From positions 992,001-1,056,000 of the forward strand of contig NC_058368.1 of NCBI RefSeq assembly GCF_018350175.1: a DNA stretch of 64,000 nucleotides, given 5' to 3'. Positions 1-13,003 of this stretch are shown one piece after another; the stretch's first letter is position 1; each line of letters opens with the position of its first letter. Both the position numbers and the translations under genes were made by a program. The DNA is from Felis catus. Taxonomy: Eukaryota. The notes beneath the pieces were generated by a model. It searched no databases. It had not been told where the DNA came from and saw only the letters and a program-made list of their open reading frames with translations.

Positions 1-3000
1 TCTTTCAAAGAATTAGTTCCTGGTTTTATTGATTGGTTCTACTGTTGTTGTTTTTTTTATTTCGATATCATTGATTTCTGCTCTAATCTTTATTATTTCC
101 CTTCTGCTGCTGGTTTTTGGTTTTATTTGCTGTTCTTGTTCCAGCTCTTTTAGTCGTAAGGTTAGGTTGTGTAATTGTGTATTGTGTATTTGTGTATCTT
201 TAGGAAGGCCTGAATTGCTATATACTTCCCTCTTATGACTACCTTTGTTGCATCCCTGAGGTATTGGGCTGTCGTGTTTTCATTTTCATTGGCTTCCATG
301 TACTTTTTAATTTCCTCTTTAATTTCTTGGTTAAGCCATTCATTCTTCAGTAGGATGTTCTTTAATCTCCAAGTATTCATGGTCTTTCCAAATTTTTTCT
401 CATGGTAGATTTGAGTTTCACAGTGTTGTGTTTTGAAAAGATGAAAGGTATGATCTTGATCTTTTTGTACTTGTTGAGGGCTGATTTGTGACCCAGTTTG
501 TGATATATTCTGGACAATTTTCCATGTGCACCGAAGAAGAATGTGCATCCTGCTTCTTTAGGAGGAAATGTTCTGAATACATCTGTTAAGCCCATCCAGT
601 CCAGTGTGTTATTCAAAGCCACCGTTTCCTTGTTGATTTTCTGCTTAGATGATCTGTCCATTTCTATCAGTGGGGTTTTGAAGTCCCCTACTATTATTAT
701 GGCATTATTATCAATGAGTTTCTTTATTTTTGTGATTAATTGATTTATGTATTTGTGTGCTCAATGTTGGGGACAGAAATATTTATAGTTGTTAGAAATT
801 CTTGGTAGATAGACCCCTTAATTATGATATAATGCCCTATTTCATCTCTTGTTACAGTCTTTATTTTAAAGTCTAGTTTGTCTGATATAAGTATGGCTAC
901 TCCAGCTTTCTTTTGATGACCATTAGCATGATAGATAGTTTTCTATCCCCTTACTTTCAATATGCAAGTGTCTTTAGATCTAAAATGAGTCTCTTGTAAG
1001 CAACATATAGATGGGTCTTCTTTTCTTATCCATTCTGATACCCTGTGTCTTTTGATTGGACCATTTAGTCCATTTACATTTAGAGTGAGTGCTGAAAGAT
1101 ATGAATTTATTGCCATTGTGTTGCCTGTAGAGACGGAGTTTCTGGTGGTATTCTCTGGTCTTTTCTAGTCTTTGTTTCTCTTGGTCTTTTTTGTTTTGTT
1201 TTGTCTTTTCTGCACTCAAAGTGTCCCCCTTAAAATTTCTTGCAGGGGTGGTTTAGTAGTCACATCTTTAGTTTTTGTTTATCTGGGAAACTCTTTATCT
1301 CTCCTTCTAGTTTGAATGACAGCTTTGCTGGATAAAGAATGCTTGGCTTCATATTTTTCCAGTTCAGCATGTTAAATATATCCTACCACACTTTCTGGCC
1401 TGTCAAGTTTCTGTGGACAGGTCTGCTGTGAACATGATCTGTCTTCTCATATAGGTTAAGGACTTTTTTTTCTTTTGTTGCTTTAATAATTCTTTCCTTG
1501 TCTGTGTGTTTTGTGAATTTGACTATGATATGCCTTGGTAATGGTCGATTTTTGTTGTATCTAATGGGAGTTCTCTGTGCTTGTTAGATTTTGATGTCTG
1601 TGTTCTTCCCCAGATTAGGAAAGTTTTCTGCTATAATTTGTTTACATAAACCTTCTGCCCCCTTCTCACCTTCTTCATCTTCTGGGGCTTCTATGATTCA
1701 GATGTTATTCCTTTTTTTTTTTTTAATGTTTATTTATTTATTTTTGAGAGAGAGAGAGAAAGAGAGGACACAAATAGGGGAAGGGCAGAGAGAGGGAGAT
1801 ACTGAATCTGAAGCAGGCTCCAGGCTTTGAGCCATCAGCACAGAGCTCAATGTGGGGCTCAAACCCATCACCTGTGAGGCTCATGACCTGATCTGAAGTT
1901 GGACGCTTAACTGAGCCACGTAGGCACCCCAGATGTTACTCCTTTTTAATAAGTCACTGAGTTCTCTAAGTCTTGTATTGTGATCTTTGGCCTTTGTTTC
2001 CTCTTCATAATTCTCCATAAATTTATCTTCTATATCGCTGATTCACTGCTCTGCTTCATCCATCCTTGCCGTCATGACATCCATTCAAGATTGCATCTCA
2101 GTTACAACATTTTTAATTCCAGCATGACTAGATTTTATTTCTTTTATCTCTGAAGAAAGGGATTCTCTGGTGTCTCCTATGCTTTTTTTTTTAACTCCAG
2201 CTAGTATTCTTATTATCGTGGTTTGAAATTCTAGTTCAGACATCTTATTTATATCTGTATTGATTAAGGCCCTGGCTGTCATTTCTTCCTGTTATTTCTT
2301 TTGGGGTGAATTCCTTCATTTTATCATTTTGGAGGAAGAGAAACATTAATAAAATAAAAAATTAAAATTAAAAAATTAAAAACAAAACAAAAAATCAAAT
2401 AAAGGAAATTAGATCCTAGGTGTGTTTCAGTCTGTTTGTTGAAAAAAGCTTGATATAATAGATTTAAAAGGGAAATGAAAGAAAAAAAAGGTAAGAAAAA
2501 AATTTTAAATTAAAAAATTTTATAGTAAAATAGAATGAAATAAAATAAAGAAAATGAAATAGAATAAAAATTTTTATGAAATAAAAAATAAAGTGAAAAA
2601 ATATAAAATTTTCTCTTTCTGTATCTAAGAAAGAGAAAGAAAAGAAAGAATAAAGAAAACAATTTAAGCAAAAACAGAAGCAAAGAAAACAAGGAAATAA
2701 ATGAACCAACAAACACAATGAAGCCTGGATGAAGTTACATCCAGTTTCCCCTAGAACTGAAACTATGTAGCACTCTATAGTCTGTACGCTAAGCAGGTAG
2801 AGTGAGTTGTTCTGGTCTTCTGGAGAATGTGCTTTGGAGAGTATAATTGGGCGGGGCTTAGTGTAATGGCTCTGCTCACCATTAGGTGGCACTGCTTAGC
2901 TTACTGGGCTGGATTAGTGTGCCTGCGTGTATGCATGTGCATGCATGTGTGGCAGAGGTGGAAATGGCTTCACCCAGCACCCCAGTCTCTGGAACAGGAA

Positions 3001-3945
3001 CCACAGTCTCTCACTGACTGGTGATCAAGCACCCCTTTTTAGTTTCATGCCTCTGTCCACACCTGACCTCTACCCTGTCCATGTCCAAGCTGCCTGCCTA
3101 TCAGGGAGCACCTCCTTCCAGAGTTTTATCTCAGATGGAGCTGTGTTTCAAACCCCACACTTCAGAAACCTCCACGATTTGGACCCACGCCGACTCTTGC
3201 GGGAGGGTCTCACTGAGCAATAGCCAGGTGCCGGCTTGCCCCAGAAAATATTCATGTGATCGTGCAGTGGCAGAGGTTCAGAGATTATGGCAAATCACAA
3301 CACACAGTCCCCACCAGGTTTAGCCATGCTCTGGCATCTTTGTTTCAATACCAGCAAATATGGCTGCTCTCTGGGATCCACTGGGACCTTTCCCTGTGAG
3401 GAGCCCTTATGGTCTCTACCAAATGCACTCCATGCAGGGGAATCACTTCTCCCTATGTCGCACATGGAACCCTCAGACTCTGCTGCCTACTCCTGGGGAT
3501 TCACCCTCCTTCCTTACCAGAGCACCTCCAGGCACTCAGCCTCAAACCTTCAGACTCTGTGCTGCATTGTTTATAGAATCCTGGTGGTATTGAAACTTTC
3601 TCCTTTCTCCTTGTCAGTGGTTTTGGGGAACAGATTTCTTATTCAGTCCCCTGAGAGTGTTTTCACTCTTACTCTCTCTTTCTCTCCAGCTACTTTCAGG
3701 GGGAATGTTTTTCTTGCAACATCCCTATGTGCCTCACTCTCCCCCTTTCTCCTTCTCTTTATGTTCTCTCTCTGCAAAAATGGCGCCTTACCCTCTGTGG
3801 CTTTTCTCTCCCCCAGTTCACCTCTCCACACCATGTACCTGCCCAGTGCCCATGTGGCTCAAGTTATGCAGATTGTTGCATTAATCCCGAGATCAATTTG
3901 CTAGGTGTTCAAAATAGTTTGGTGTTGATCTAGGTGTGTTTCAAA
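1..3945 (-). mobile_element. Carnivore LINE-1, 5' part (5'UTR, degenerate ORF1, ORF2 endonuclease region), continuing beyond the window start
   Basis: Minus-strand translations such as TDVFRTFPPK, HKSALNKYKKIKII and WRLKNILLKNEWLNQEIKEEIKKYME are L1 ORF2 EN/post-EN motifs. ORF2 ATG is at ~1116 and ORF1 ATG at ~2327 (MSELEFQTTIIRIL just downstream). Multiple stops and frameshifts. A SINE is inserted at ~1716-1930 with TSD agatgtta(t/c)tcctttt. Confidence 0.93.
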
Positions 3946-4444
3946 ATTTACATTTAAAAATAGAAATTCACTTCTAGGAATCTGTCTTGGAGATATACTA
4001 ACAAAATACTGACACACTGATGCACAAGATTGTGGCTTTATTTCTAATAGCAAACAATAAAGGAAACCAAATATCAATAAATTGGGAACCAGTTCTTAGA
4101 ATTATGTTATATCAATGCACACTGTCCTCCACCCCCTTCATTTTTCACATTTAACCTTTTGGAAGCCAGACATTAAAGACTGAAATATTGGGGCACCTGG
4201 GTGGCTCAGTCGGTTAAGCATCTGACTTCGGCTCAGGTCATGATCTCGTGGTCTGTGAGTTCTAGCCCCGCGTTGGGCTCTGTGCTGACAGCTCAGAGCC
4301 TGGAGCCTGTTTCATATTCTGTGTCTCCCTCTCTCTCTGACCCTCCCCCATTCATGCTCTGTCTCTCTCTGTCTCAAAAATAAAAAATAAACAGTAAAAA
4401 ATATATATATATAAAAAAGACTGAGCAATTAAAAAACAACCACA

Positions 4445-6585
4445 TATGTGAGAAAAATTAGACAGTGACCATGTATGCCCATGGGAAGGCTCAGAAAAAA
4501 ATGTGAAAAGACCTTAAGCATTTTAACTGACCTCAAGTTGATTCTTGGCACACAGACTACAAAAATTATAAACAGGGGTACATGGGTGGCTCAGTTGGTT
4601 AAGCGTCCAACTTCAGTTCAGATTGTGATCTCATGGTTTGCAAGTTCAAGCCCTGCATCATCTCTTTGTTGTCAGCTCAGAGCCCACTTCAGATCCTGTG
4701 CCTCCCTCTCTCTGCCCCTTCTCTGCTCCCTCCCCTCTCAAAAATAAACAAAAACATTAAAAAAATTAAAAACTACTGTTACAATAACAAAGCCCAGTAA
4801 ACCCTGACAAAGGGGGAGAATCTGATCCCCAGAGTTATCACATAGTCAGATTGAAATGTCCAGCATACTACAAAACATCACAAAGCACACAAGAAAGAGG
4901 AAAGTACAGACCAAAGGGAAAAAAAAATTAATCAATATTAACTGCTGATATAATGGCTGCTATAGTAGACAAAACTTTAAAACAATCATATTAAAGATGA
5001 TCATGGGGCGCCTGGGTGGCTCAGTTGGTTAAGCATCTGACTTTGGCTCAGGTCATGATCTCACAGTTCGTGGTTTTGAGCCCCGCGTTGGGCTCTGTGC
5101 TGACAGCTCAGAGGCTGGAGCCCCCTTCAGATTCTGTCTCTGCCTCCCTCTGTCCTTCCCCTTCTGGTGCTCTTTCTCTCTCTCTCTCTCTCAAATATAA
5201 AAAAACATTAAAATTTTTTTTAAATTTTATTGTAGAGGTGCTACAAGTTAAAATACACACCAAATTTTGAAGACTCAGTAAAAAATACAGAAAGTAAATC
5301 TAAATCTAATGAGAAATAGATGCAAAACCATGATGTCATATCAGTGTTCAAATACGCCTAATAAAACATGGTACAATATTAAAAAAAAAAAAAAGAAGAA
5401 GTTGCCACAGCCAAGGTCAGAGATCATGTTCTGCATCATAAAACATACCTTATCAAATTTAAAAGAATAGAAATTATACAATGTCTTGTCTCAGACCCCA
5501 GTAGAATCAGCTAAAATTAAATATTGGAAAGAGAACTGGAAAATTAAAAACTGCATGGAGAGTAAACAACACATTTCTAAACACATGGGTCAACGAAGAA
5601 ATATCAAGAGAAACAAAATGTTTTGAAATAAAGGAAAGTGAAAGTACAACTTATGAAAATTAGTGGATATAGTGAAAATATACTTAGAAGGAAATTTATA
5701 GCACTGAATTCATATGTTAAAAAGAAATAAGACCTAAAATTATTTATCTAAGAGGTGCCTGAGGGGCTCAGTCAGTTAAGCATCTGACTTTTGATGTGGG
5801 CTCAAGTCATGGTCTAGCGGTTTGTGGGATCAAGCCCCACATTAGGATCTGCACTGACAGCACAGAGCCTGCTTGGGGTTCTCTCTCTCCCTCTCTCTCT
5901 GCCCATTTCCTTCTTTCCCTCTCTCTCTCAAAATAAATTTGAAAAGTTAAAAAAAAATAAAATTAATTATCCAAGTTTCCATCTTAGGAAACTAGGAAAA
6001 AAGGCAAATTAAATCCAGAGTAAGCAGAAAAAAAAAGCAATCTGAGCAGAAATCACTTAAGTTGAAAACAAGAAATCAATGAAATTAAAAGCTGGTTAAG
6101 AGCTGGTTCTTTGAAAAGTTCAGTCAAATTGATAAGCCTCTAGCCAGGCAACCTAAGAAAAAAATAGAGGACACAGATTAATAACATCAGAAATGAAACA
6201 GGGTGGAGCACATGGGTGGCCCAGTGGGTTAAGCATCTGACTCTTGGTTTCAGCTCAGGTCATGATCTCAGTTTCGTGAATTTGAGCCCCACATCTGGCT
6301 CTGTGCTAACAACATGGAGCCTGCTTGGGATTCGCTCTCTCTCCTTCTCTCTCTGCTTCTCCTCTGCTTGCACTGTCTCTGTCTCTCTCAAAATAAATAA
6401 ACTTTAAAAAAATAAATGAAACAGGGAACATCATTACAGTTCTTATGGACATCAAAAGGATAACGAAGGAATACTATTAACAACTCTATGCCTACACTTT
6501 TGATAACCTAGCTGAAATGGATTAATTCCTTGAAAAATACAGTCTGCGAAAACTCATGCAAGAATAGGCAATTTGAATACTGTGA
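4445..6585 (+). mobile_element. Old L1M LINE-1 fragments (UTR/ORF2 remnants) interrupted by SINEs
   Basis: L1 ORF2-like DNA (agctggttctttgaaaag, aacaactctatgcc, gaaatggattaattccttgaaaaatac), heavily degenerate. Confidence 0.8.
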
Positions 6586-6605
6586 AAAAAATAGTAAGTA
6601 AATAA

Positions 6606-6608
<3 letters not shown>

Positions 6609-6650
<42 letters not shown>
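6609..6650. repeat. (TA)n microsatellite
   Basis: Pure TA run of about 21 units. Confidence 0.95.
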
Positions 6651-6652
<2 letters not shown>

Positions 6653-6673
6653 AACTTTAAATACTACTCACTA

Positions 6674-7085
6674 ACTGTAGTAGACCGAACTATGTCTCCC
6701 AAAGATATCAGTCCCTGAAATATGAATGTTTCTTATACGGCAAAGAGTTGCAAATGTGATTAAATTAAGGATCTTGAGTTAGGGAAAGTATGGGGCAATC
6801 AGTGTTGGCCCTAAACACATTCATACATATTCTTATAAGAGGGATCCTTATAAGATTTGACACACAGAAGAGAAGAAAGCAATGTGACCACAGAAGTAAA
6901 TATTGGAATGGTATCACTACAAGTTAACATATGTGGTAGCCATCAGAAGTTATAAGTGTGGTAAGGAATGTATTTTTTTCTAGAGCCTCCATAGGGAGAA
7001 CAGCCCCACTAACACCTTGCTTTGGACCAGTTAACCTGATTTTGGACTTTTGTCCTTCAGCACAGAGAAAGAATACATTTCTTTC
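6674..7085 (+). mobile_element. MaLR MLT1-type solo LTR fragment
   Basis: tgtagtagaccgaa...gatgtgattaaattaaggatcttgag...ctagagcctcca...aacaccttg resembles the MLT1 consensus. Confidence 0.75.
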
Positions 7086-7415
7086 CTTGCTAATATTTTA
7101 ATGTTTATTTATTGATTTTGAGAGAGACAGAGTGCGTGCGTGCGGGTGGGGGAAGGGCAGAGAGAGAGGGAGACAGAGAATCCCAAACAGGCTCCATGTT
7201 GTTAGTGCACAGCCTGACTTGGGGTTTGATCTCAGGAACTGTGAGATCATGACCTGAACCAAAATCAAGAGTGGGATGCCTGGAGTGCCTGTGTGGCTTA
7301 GTAGGTTAAGCATCCAACTACAGCTCAGGTCATAATCTCATGGCTCCTGAGTTTGAGCCCCACCTTGGGGTCTGTGCTGACAGCTCAGAACCTGGAGCCC
7401 GCTTTGGATTCTGTG

Positions 7416-7456
<41 letters not shown>

Positions 7457-7569
7457 CCCCTCCCTTGCTTATGCTCTCTCTCTATCCTTCAAAATAAACA
7501 TTTAAAAAAAATTAAAAAAAAAGAGTGAGATGCTTAATCAACTGAGCCCCCCAGATGCCCCTTCTTGCT

Positions 7570-8075
7570 ATTTTTAATGCAATTATTATATTCCCTAGTT
7601 TCTGAAGGCTAGAAATGCAGGTATGGCTTAGCTGGGTCCTCTGTTTCATAACCTCACAAGGCTACAATTAAGATATTGGCCAGGCTATATTCTCACCTGT
7701 AGCCTTGACTGGGGAAGAATCTGCTTCAAAAATCATTCAGGTGTTTACAGAATTAATTTCATTGAGGCTGTGTGACCGAGTGCCCCAGCTTTTTGATGGC
7801 GGTCAGCTTAGAAACTGACTGAAAATCCTAGATGTTGTCCACAATTTCTTGCCATGTAGGCATCTTCAAAATGGCCACTTACTTCATTGAGCCAGCAAAG
7901 AGTATCTCTCTCCAATCTGCTGAAAGGGATCATTACACAATGTAACCTAATCGAGAGAATAACGTCCCATCTCCTTTGCCATATTCCATTGGTAAGAATT
8001 GAGTCAGAGGTTCCGCCACATAGATGATCCATAGGTATATGATAAAAGAATGAGTGACTGACTTTGAAGACCTGT
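7570..8075 (-). mobile_element. MaLR MLT1-type LTR fragment
   Basis: ggcttagctgggtcctctg...actggggaagaatctgcttca...tttgccatattccattggt...gtc, typical of MLT1 in reverse orientation. Confidence 0.7.
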
Positions 8076-8817
8076 GACTTCCAATCCAGCTCCTGAAGGG
8101 GAGGAAAAGGGTCCTGGGCCAAACCTTTTGAAGGTCAACAACCAAGCTTTAAATCTGCAAAAACCCTTGAAGAGCATGTAGTCCAACCTACCCTCAACCC
8201 CCACAACTAGGCTGGCAGAAGGGAAACATGATCTGGAGAGGTTAAGTCATTGCCCAAGTTAGTCACTGGTATAGGCGGGCCAGAAGCCCCGGTGTATACA
8301 GCTCCCAAGTCCAATTTTCATTAAGCCCCTACAGGATGCCAGGTACTGAGCCCAGTGTGAGTGACACAGATGACTAGAATGTGGACCCAGCAGTACCTTG
8401 AGAACAGGATCCAGCACATCTCTGTGGCTGGGGAAGAATGGGCAGCTCAGGCAGAAAGAACTCTCTGAGTTAGTGATTCTTAAATTACAGAGGGCATCAG
8501 AATCACGGGGGTAACATCTTTAAAATTCATTCACTGCCAAATCACTGACCTGGGCTCTTCACTTAACTGACTGAGCCACCCAGGCATCCCTGGCCTGGGC
8601 TCTTCAAAACTGTCATGGTCATGAAAGACAAAAAAGGCCAAGGGGCTTTCACAAGTTGAAGGAGACAAGAGACATGGCAAATCAATACAATACTTGCTTC
8701 CAGACCAGATCCCCGCTGGGGGCAGGGAAAGGGAGAATTGCCATAATGGAAAATATTAGGACAATTAATAAAATTTGGATTCTAGGAATCGTATTCTAAC
8801 AGTGGAATTTGATACTT

Positions 8818-8980
8818 CATATATATATATATAAATTTATACATATATATGCATACATACATATGCATACACATATGCATACATATATGTATATATATGT
8901 ATATTTATATGTATATTTATATATACATATATAATATATACATATTTATATATAAATATAAGTATATATTTAAATATTTT
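8818..8980. repeat. Degenerate (TA)/(TACA) AT-rich microsatellite
   Basis: Alternating purine-pyrimidine tract atatatgcatacacatatgcatacatatatgt... Confidence 0.9.
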
Positions 8981-9104
8981 ATGCATATTTTTACAGACCG
9001 ATTTATTAGCTGAATAAATCATGAAAACCATGATAGCACAAGATTGTACACTTTTTAGTGTATATTTGAATGTTGAGAAAATGTCTTTTTTGATCATTAT
9101 TTTT

Positions 9105-10268
9105 TAATATATTTTTAAGTGTTTGTTTTAATTCCAGTTAGTTAACATACAGTATTATATTAGTTTCAGGTGTACAATATAGTGATTTGACAATTCCAAA
9201 TATTACTCAGTGCTCGTCATGGTAAGTGTCCTCTTAATCCCCTTCACCTATTTCACCCATTCCCATCCCCTTCCCTTCTGGTAACCATCAGTTTGTTCTC
9301 TATAGTTAAGAGTCTGTTTTTGCGGTGGGGGCACCTGGATGGCTCAGTTGGTTGAGCAACTGACTCTTGGTTTCAATTCAGGTTATGATCTCATGGTTTG
9401 TGAGCTTGAGCCCCACCTTGGGCTCTGCTCTGGCAGCATGGAGTCTGTTAGGGATTCTCTCTCCCTCTCTCTCTCTGCCCCTCCCTGCTCACTGTCTCTC
9501 ACTCTCTCAAAATGAATAAATAAAACAAATCTGGTGTTCGGTTTGTCCCTTTTTGTCTTTCATCGTTTGCTTCTTAAATTCCACAAATAAGTGAAATCAT
9601 ATGGTATTTGTCTTTCTCTGACGTATTTCACTTAGCATTATACCCCCTAGATCCATCCATGTTGTTGCAAATGGAAAGACATCATTCTTTTTTTATGGCT
9701 GAGTAATATTCCATTGTATGCATATATTACATCTTCTTTATCCATTTATCTATCAATAGACACTTGGGTTGCTTTCATAATTTGGCTATTGTAAATAATG
9801 GTGTAATAACCATAGGGGTGCATATATCTTTTTGAATGAGTGTTTTGTATTCTTTGTGTAAATATCCAGTAGTGGAATTACTGGATCATTTGGTAATTTT
9901 ATTTTAAATAATTTTATGTTTTATTTTAATTCCTCTTAGTTAATATTTAGTGTTATATTTTTCAGGTGTATGATATAGCAATTCGTTTCCATAATCACCT
10001 TGTGCTCATCATGACTATTTTCAATTTTTTGAAGAACCTCCATAACATTTCCTACAGTGGCTGCACAAGTTTACCTTCCCACTAACAGTGCACAAGGGTT
10101 CCTTTTTCTCCACATACTTGCCAACATTTGTTATTTCTCGCTTTTTTGATTTTAGCTATTCTGACAGGTGTGAGGTGATATCTCCTTGTGGTTTTGATCT
10201 GCATTTCCTTGATGATGAGTGATGTTGAACATCTTTTCATGTGTCTATTGGCCATCTGTATGTCTTCA
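9105..10268 (-). mobile_element. LINE-1 3' end (carnivore type), with SINE and a second short L1 tail nested
   Basis: Canonical L1 3' sequence (gtgaaatcatatggtatttgtctttctctgac, atggctgagtaatattccattgtatg, ggtgtgaggtgatatctc) with T-rich tail at ~9100. Confidence 0.9.
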
Positions 10269-10544
10269 ATACTTCATTTATATTTATGAAAGAGAATACC
10301 CGTATAATTTAATACATGCTGAAGCATTTAAGGACAAAGCAGCATTATGTCTGCAACTAAATCAAATCATTCTGGAAAAAAAAAAAACAAGTATGTGCAT
10401 ATAAAGAAAGAAAGCAACAAAGCAGATGATGCAAAATGTTAGCAATCAGTGAATCTGAGTAGAAAAGTTAAGCAGGAAATTTTTGTGTGAATACAACTCT
10501 TTATAGTTTGAAATTATTTCAAAATAAAAGACATTATCTTAAGC

Positions 10545-11085
10545 GGCATATCAGTGCCACATCAGTTCCAACCTCAGGAAGAAATGGAGACTATAGGTAT
10601 TAGCCTGACTACTGGAAGGGGTTCTTGACTAAAAGCCAGCCACATGGGCAGTATGTGATTGATCACTAATAAAAACTATGGACACCAAAAGCTTGATGAG
10701 TTTCCCTGGTTGACAGTACTTTGTGCACACCTCATGGCCAGGGAAAGGTAATACTAATCATGTTTCTATATGGAGAGACCAACCGGAAGATTTGCATTTG
10801 GACCCTTCCCAGACTCTGCTCAATATGTCTCTTCCCTTGTATACGTATATACGTTTTTCACGTATATCCCTTGTAAACGATATACATTTTTCACGTATAT
10901 CCTTTCCCTGTAATAATCTATGAATATAATAACTCTCTGTGAATTCTGTGAATCCTTCAGCAAATTATTGAAACTGAGGGTGGTTTTGGGAACCCCCTGC
11001 ACTTACATTTGGTTTCAGAAGTGAGGACAGTTCTTGTGGGAATTGTTTCCTCAGACCTTGCAGTTTGACTTTCTCCTTACCACAG
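10545..11085 (+). mobile_element. Old ERVL-class LTR (MER21/MER68-like), family tentative
   Basis: tgagtttccctggttgacagtactttgtg...gtgaattctgtgaatccttcagcaaattattgaaactgagggtggttttgggaacccc. Confidence 0.6.
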
Positions 11086-11447
11086 AAGATTGGAATAACA
11101 AGGGATTAGCTAGTTAAAAGTGAAGAGAATGCTAGAAAACACAGGAATATCAGATGTCACGAGTAGTTACCACCTTCAGGACTAAGATAGAATGCCCATG
11201 AAAGATACCTCTACCCACCCTGCCAGACCTTATTGGGTGGAGTGTGACAATAACTCACAGGATGGCAGAGAATGCACTATGGTGGTGCGGAGGTGGAATT
11301 TTCTGGAAATCTTTTTCCTGGAACTTAACTAGAATTCCCAGTGTTGTGGAAGTGCAATTTACAGGAGTCCACTGTCTGAACTTGCTGAGATTCAATCTTC
11401 AGGGTGCTGGGGAAAGTTAAAAAAAAATTTTTTTAATGTTTATTTTT

Positions 11448-11487
<40 letters not shown>

Positions 11488-11715
11488 GAGAGGGGAAGGG
11501 GCAGAAAGAGGGAGACACAGAATCTGAAGCAGGCTCCAGGCCCTGAGCTGTCAGCACAGAGCCTGACATGGGGCTCAAACTCAAACCTTGAGATCATGAG
11601 GTGAGCCGAAGTTGGACGCTCAACCCACTGACCCAAGGGGAAAGTTTTTAACAGGGATCTGTCTTAGCAGGGTAATTCCTACAAAATCTCCTAAGAGGAT
11701 GAATTCCAAAGGAAG

Positions 11716-12431
11716 CTACATCCCTCATTGTCGGAAGCCTCACACTCACAGGAATACCTTTCCTAACAGGCTTTTATTCTAAAGACCTAATCATTGAGAC
11801 CACCAACACATGGTATGCCAACGTCTAAGCCCTACTAATAACTCTCATCAGCACATCTCTAACAGCTACCGAATCATATTAGTATCTGAATCATATTCTT
11901 CTCACTCCTAGGACAGCCTCGTTTCAATTCCTTAATTTTAATCAATGAAAATAATCCCCTCCTAATCAACTCTATCCAACGTCTTTTAATCAGAAGTATT
12001 TTTGCGGAGTACCTAATTACTTACAATATCCTCCCAACAATTCCACAGATAACTATGCCTAATTATCTGAAATTAACTGCCCTTGCCATGACTATTACAG
12101 GTTTCATTCTGGCATTAGAAATAAACCTTGCAACTAAAAGCCTAAAATTTAAATATCCTTCAAACCTCTTCAAATTCTCTAATCCTCTAGGATACTTCCC
12201 AGTCATGTGCACCGCCTCCCACCAATAGCAAACCTAACTATAAGCCAAAAATCCGCATCAGTGCTACTAGATATAATCTGATTAGAAAATGTATTACCAA
12301 AATCCATCTCCTACTTTCCTATAAAAACATCACCTGCTGCATCTGGCCAAAAAGGATTAATTAAACTATACTTCCTTTCTTTTATGATCATCCTAATTCT
12401 TGGCCCATTCCTACTTAATTTCCACGAGTAA
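11716..12431 (+). pseudogene. MT-ND5: NUMT ND5 3' portion
   Basis: Translates (mito code) [29 protein letters not shown] at 11826-11828 replaces the conserved Trp. Local duplication gaatcatatt at 11871-11897. Confidence 0.97.
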
Positions 12432-12931
12432 CCTCCATAATTACTAACATACCAGTAAGCAAGGATCAACCAGTGACAATAACTAATCAGGTTCCATAGC
12501 TATATAAAGCTGTGATTCCTATAGCTACTTCACTAAAAAATCCTAAATCACCTGTATCATAAATAACTTAATCACCTGCACCATTAAACTTAAATACAGC
12601 CTCAACCTCTTTTAAAATATAACAAGCCGTTAACAATTCTGCTAATACCCCTGTAATAAATATTCCTAACACAGTCTTATCAGATGCTCAAACATCAGGG
12701 TATGGTCCAGTAGCCATAGCCGTAGTATAACCGAACACCGCAAGCATACCCCCCAAATAAAAAGACCATTAAGCCTAATAAAGAACCCCCCCCAATTTAA
12801 TACAATTCCACAACCAATACCACCAGCCACAATCAAACCAAATCCACCATCAACTGGAGAAGGCTTTGAAGAAAAACTGACAGACCTAATCACAAAAATA
12901 GTACTTAAATAAATACAATGTACGTTACCAT
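12415..12931 (-). pseudogene. MT-ND6: NUMT ND6
   Basis: VSFSSKPSPVDGGFGLIVAGGIGCGIVLN on the minus strand; frameshifted. Confidence 0.96.
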
Positions 12932-13000
12932 TATTCCCACACGGAATCTAACCATGATGAATGATATGAAAAACCATCGTTGTATTTCAACTATAAGAAC
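12932..13000 (-). tRNA. MT-TE: NUMT mt-tRNA-Glu pseudogene
   Basis: gatatgaaaaaccatcgttgtatttcaactataagaac between ND6 and CYTB. Confidence 0.93.
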
Positions 13001-13003
13001 TTA

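Noticed and set aside
2927..3933. Cluster of 60-205 aa ORFs
   Set aside because: They lie in the L1 5'UTR region; no coherent protein signal
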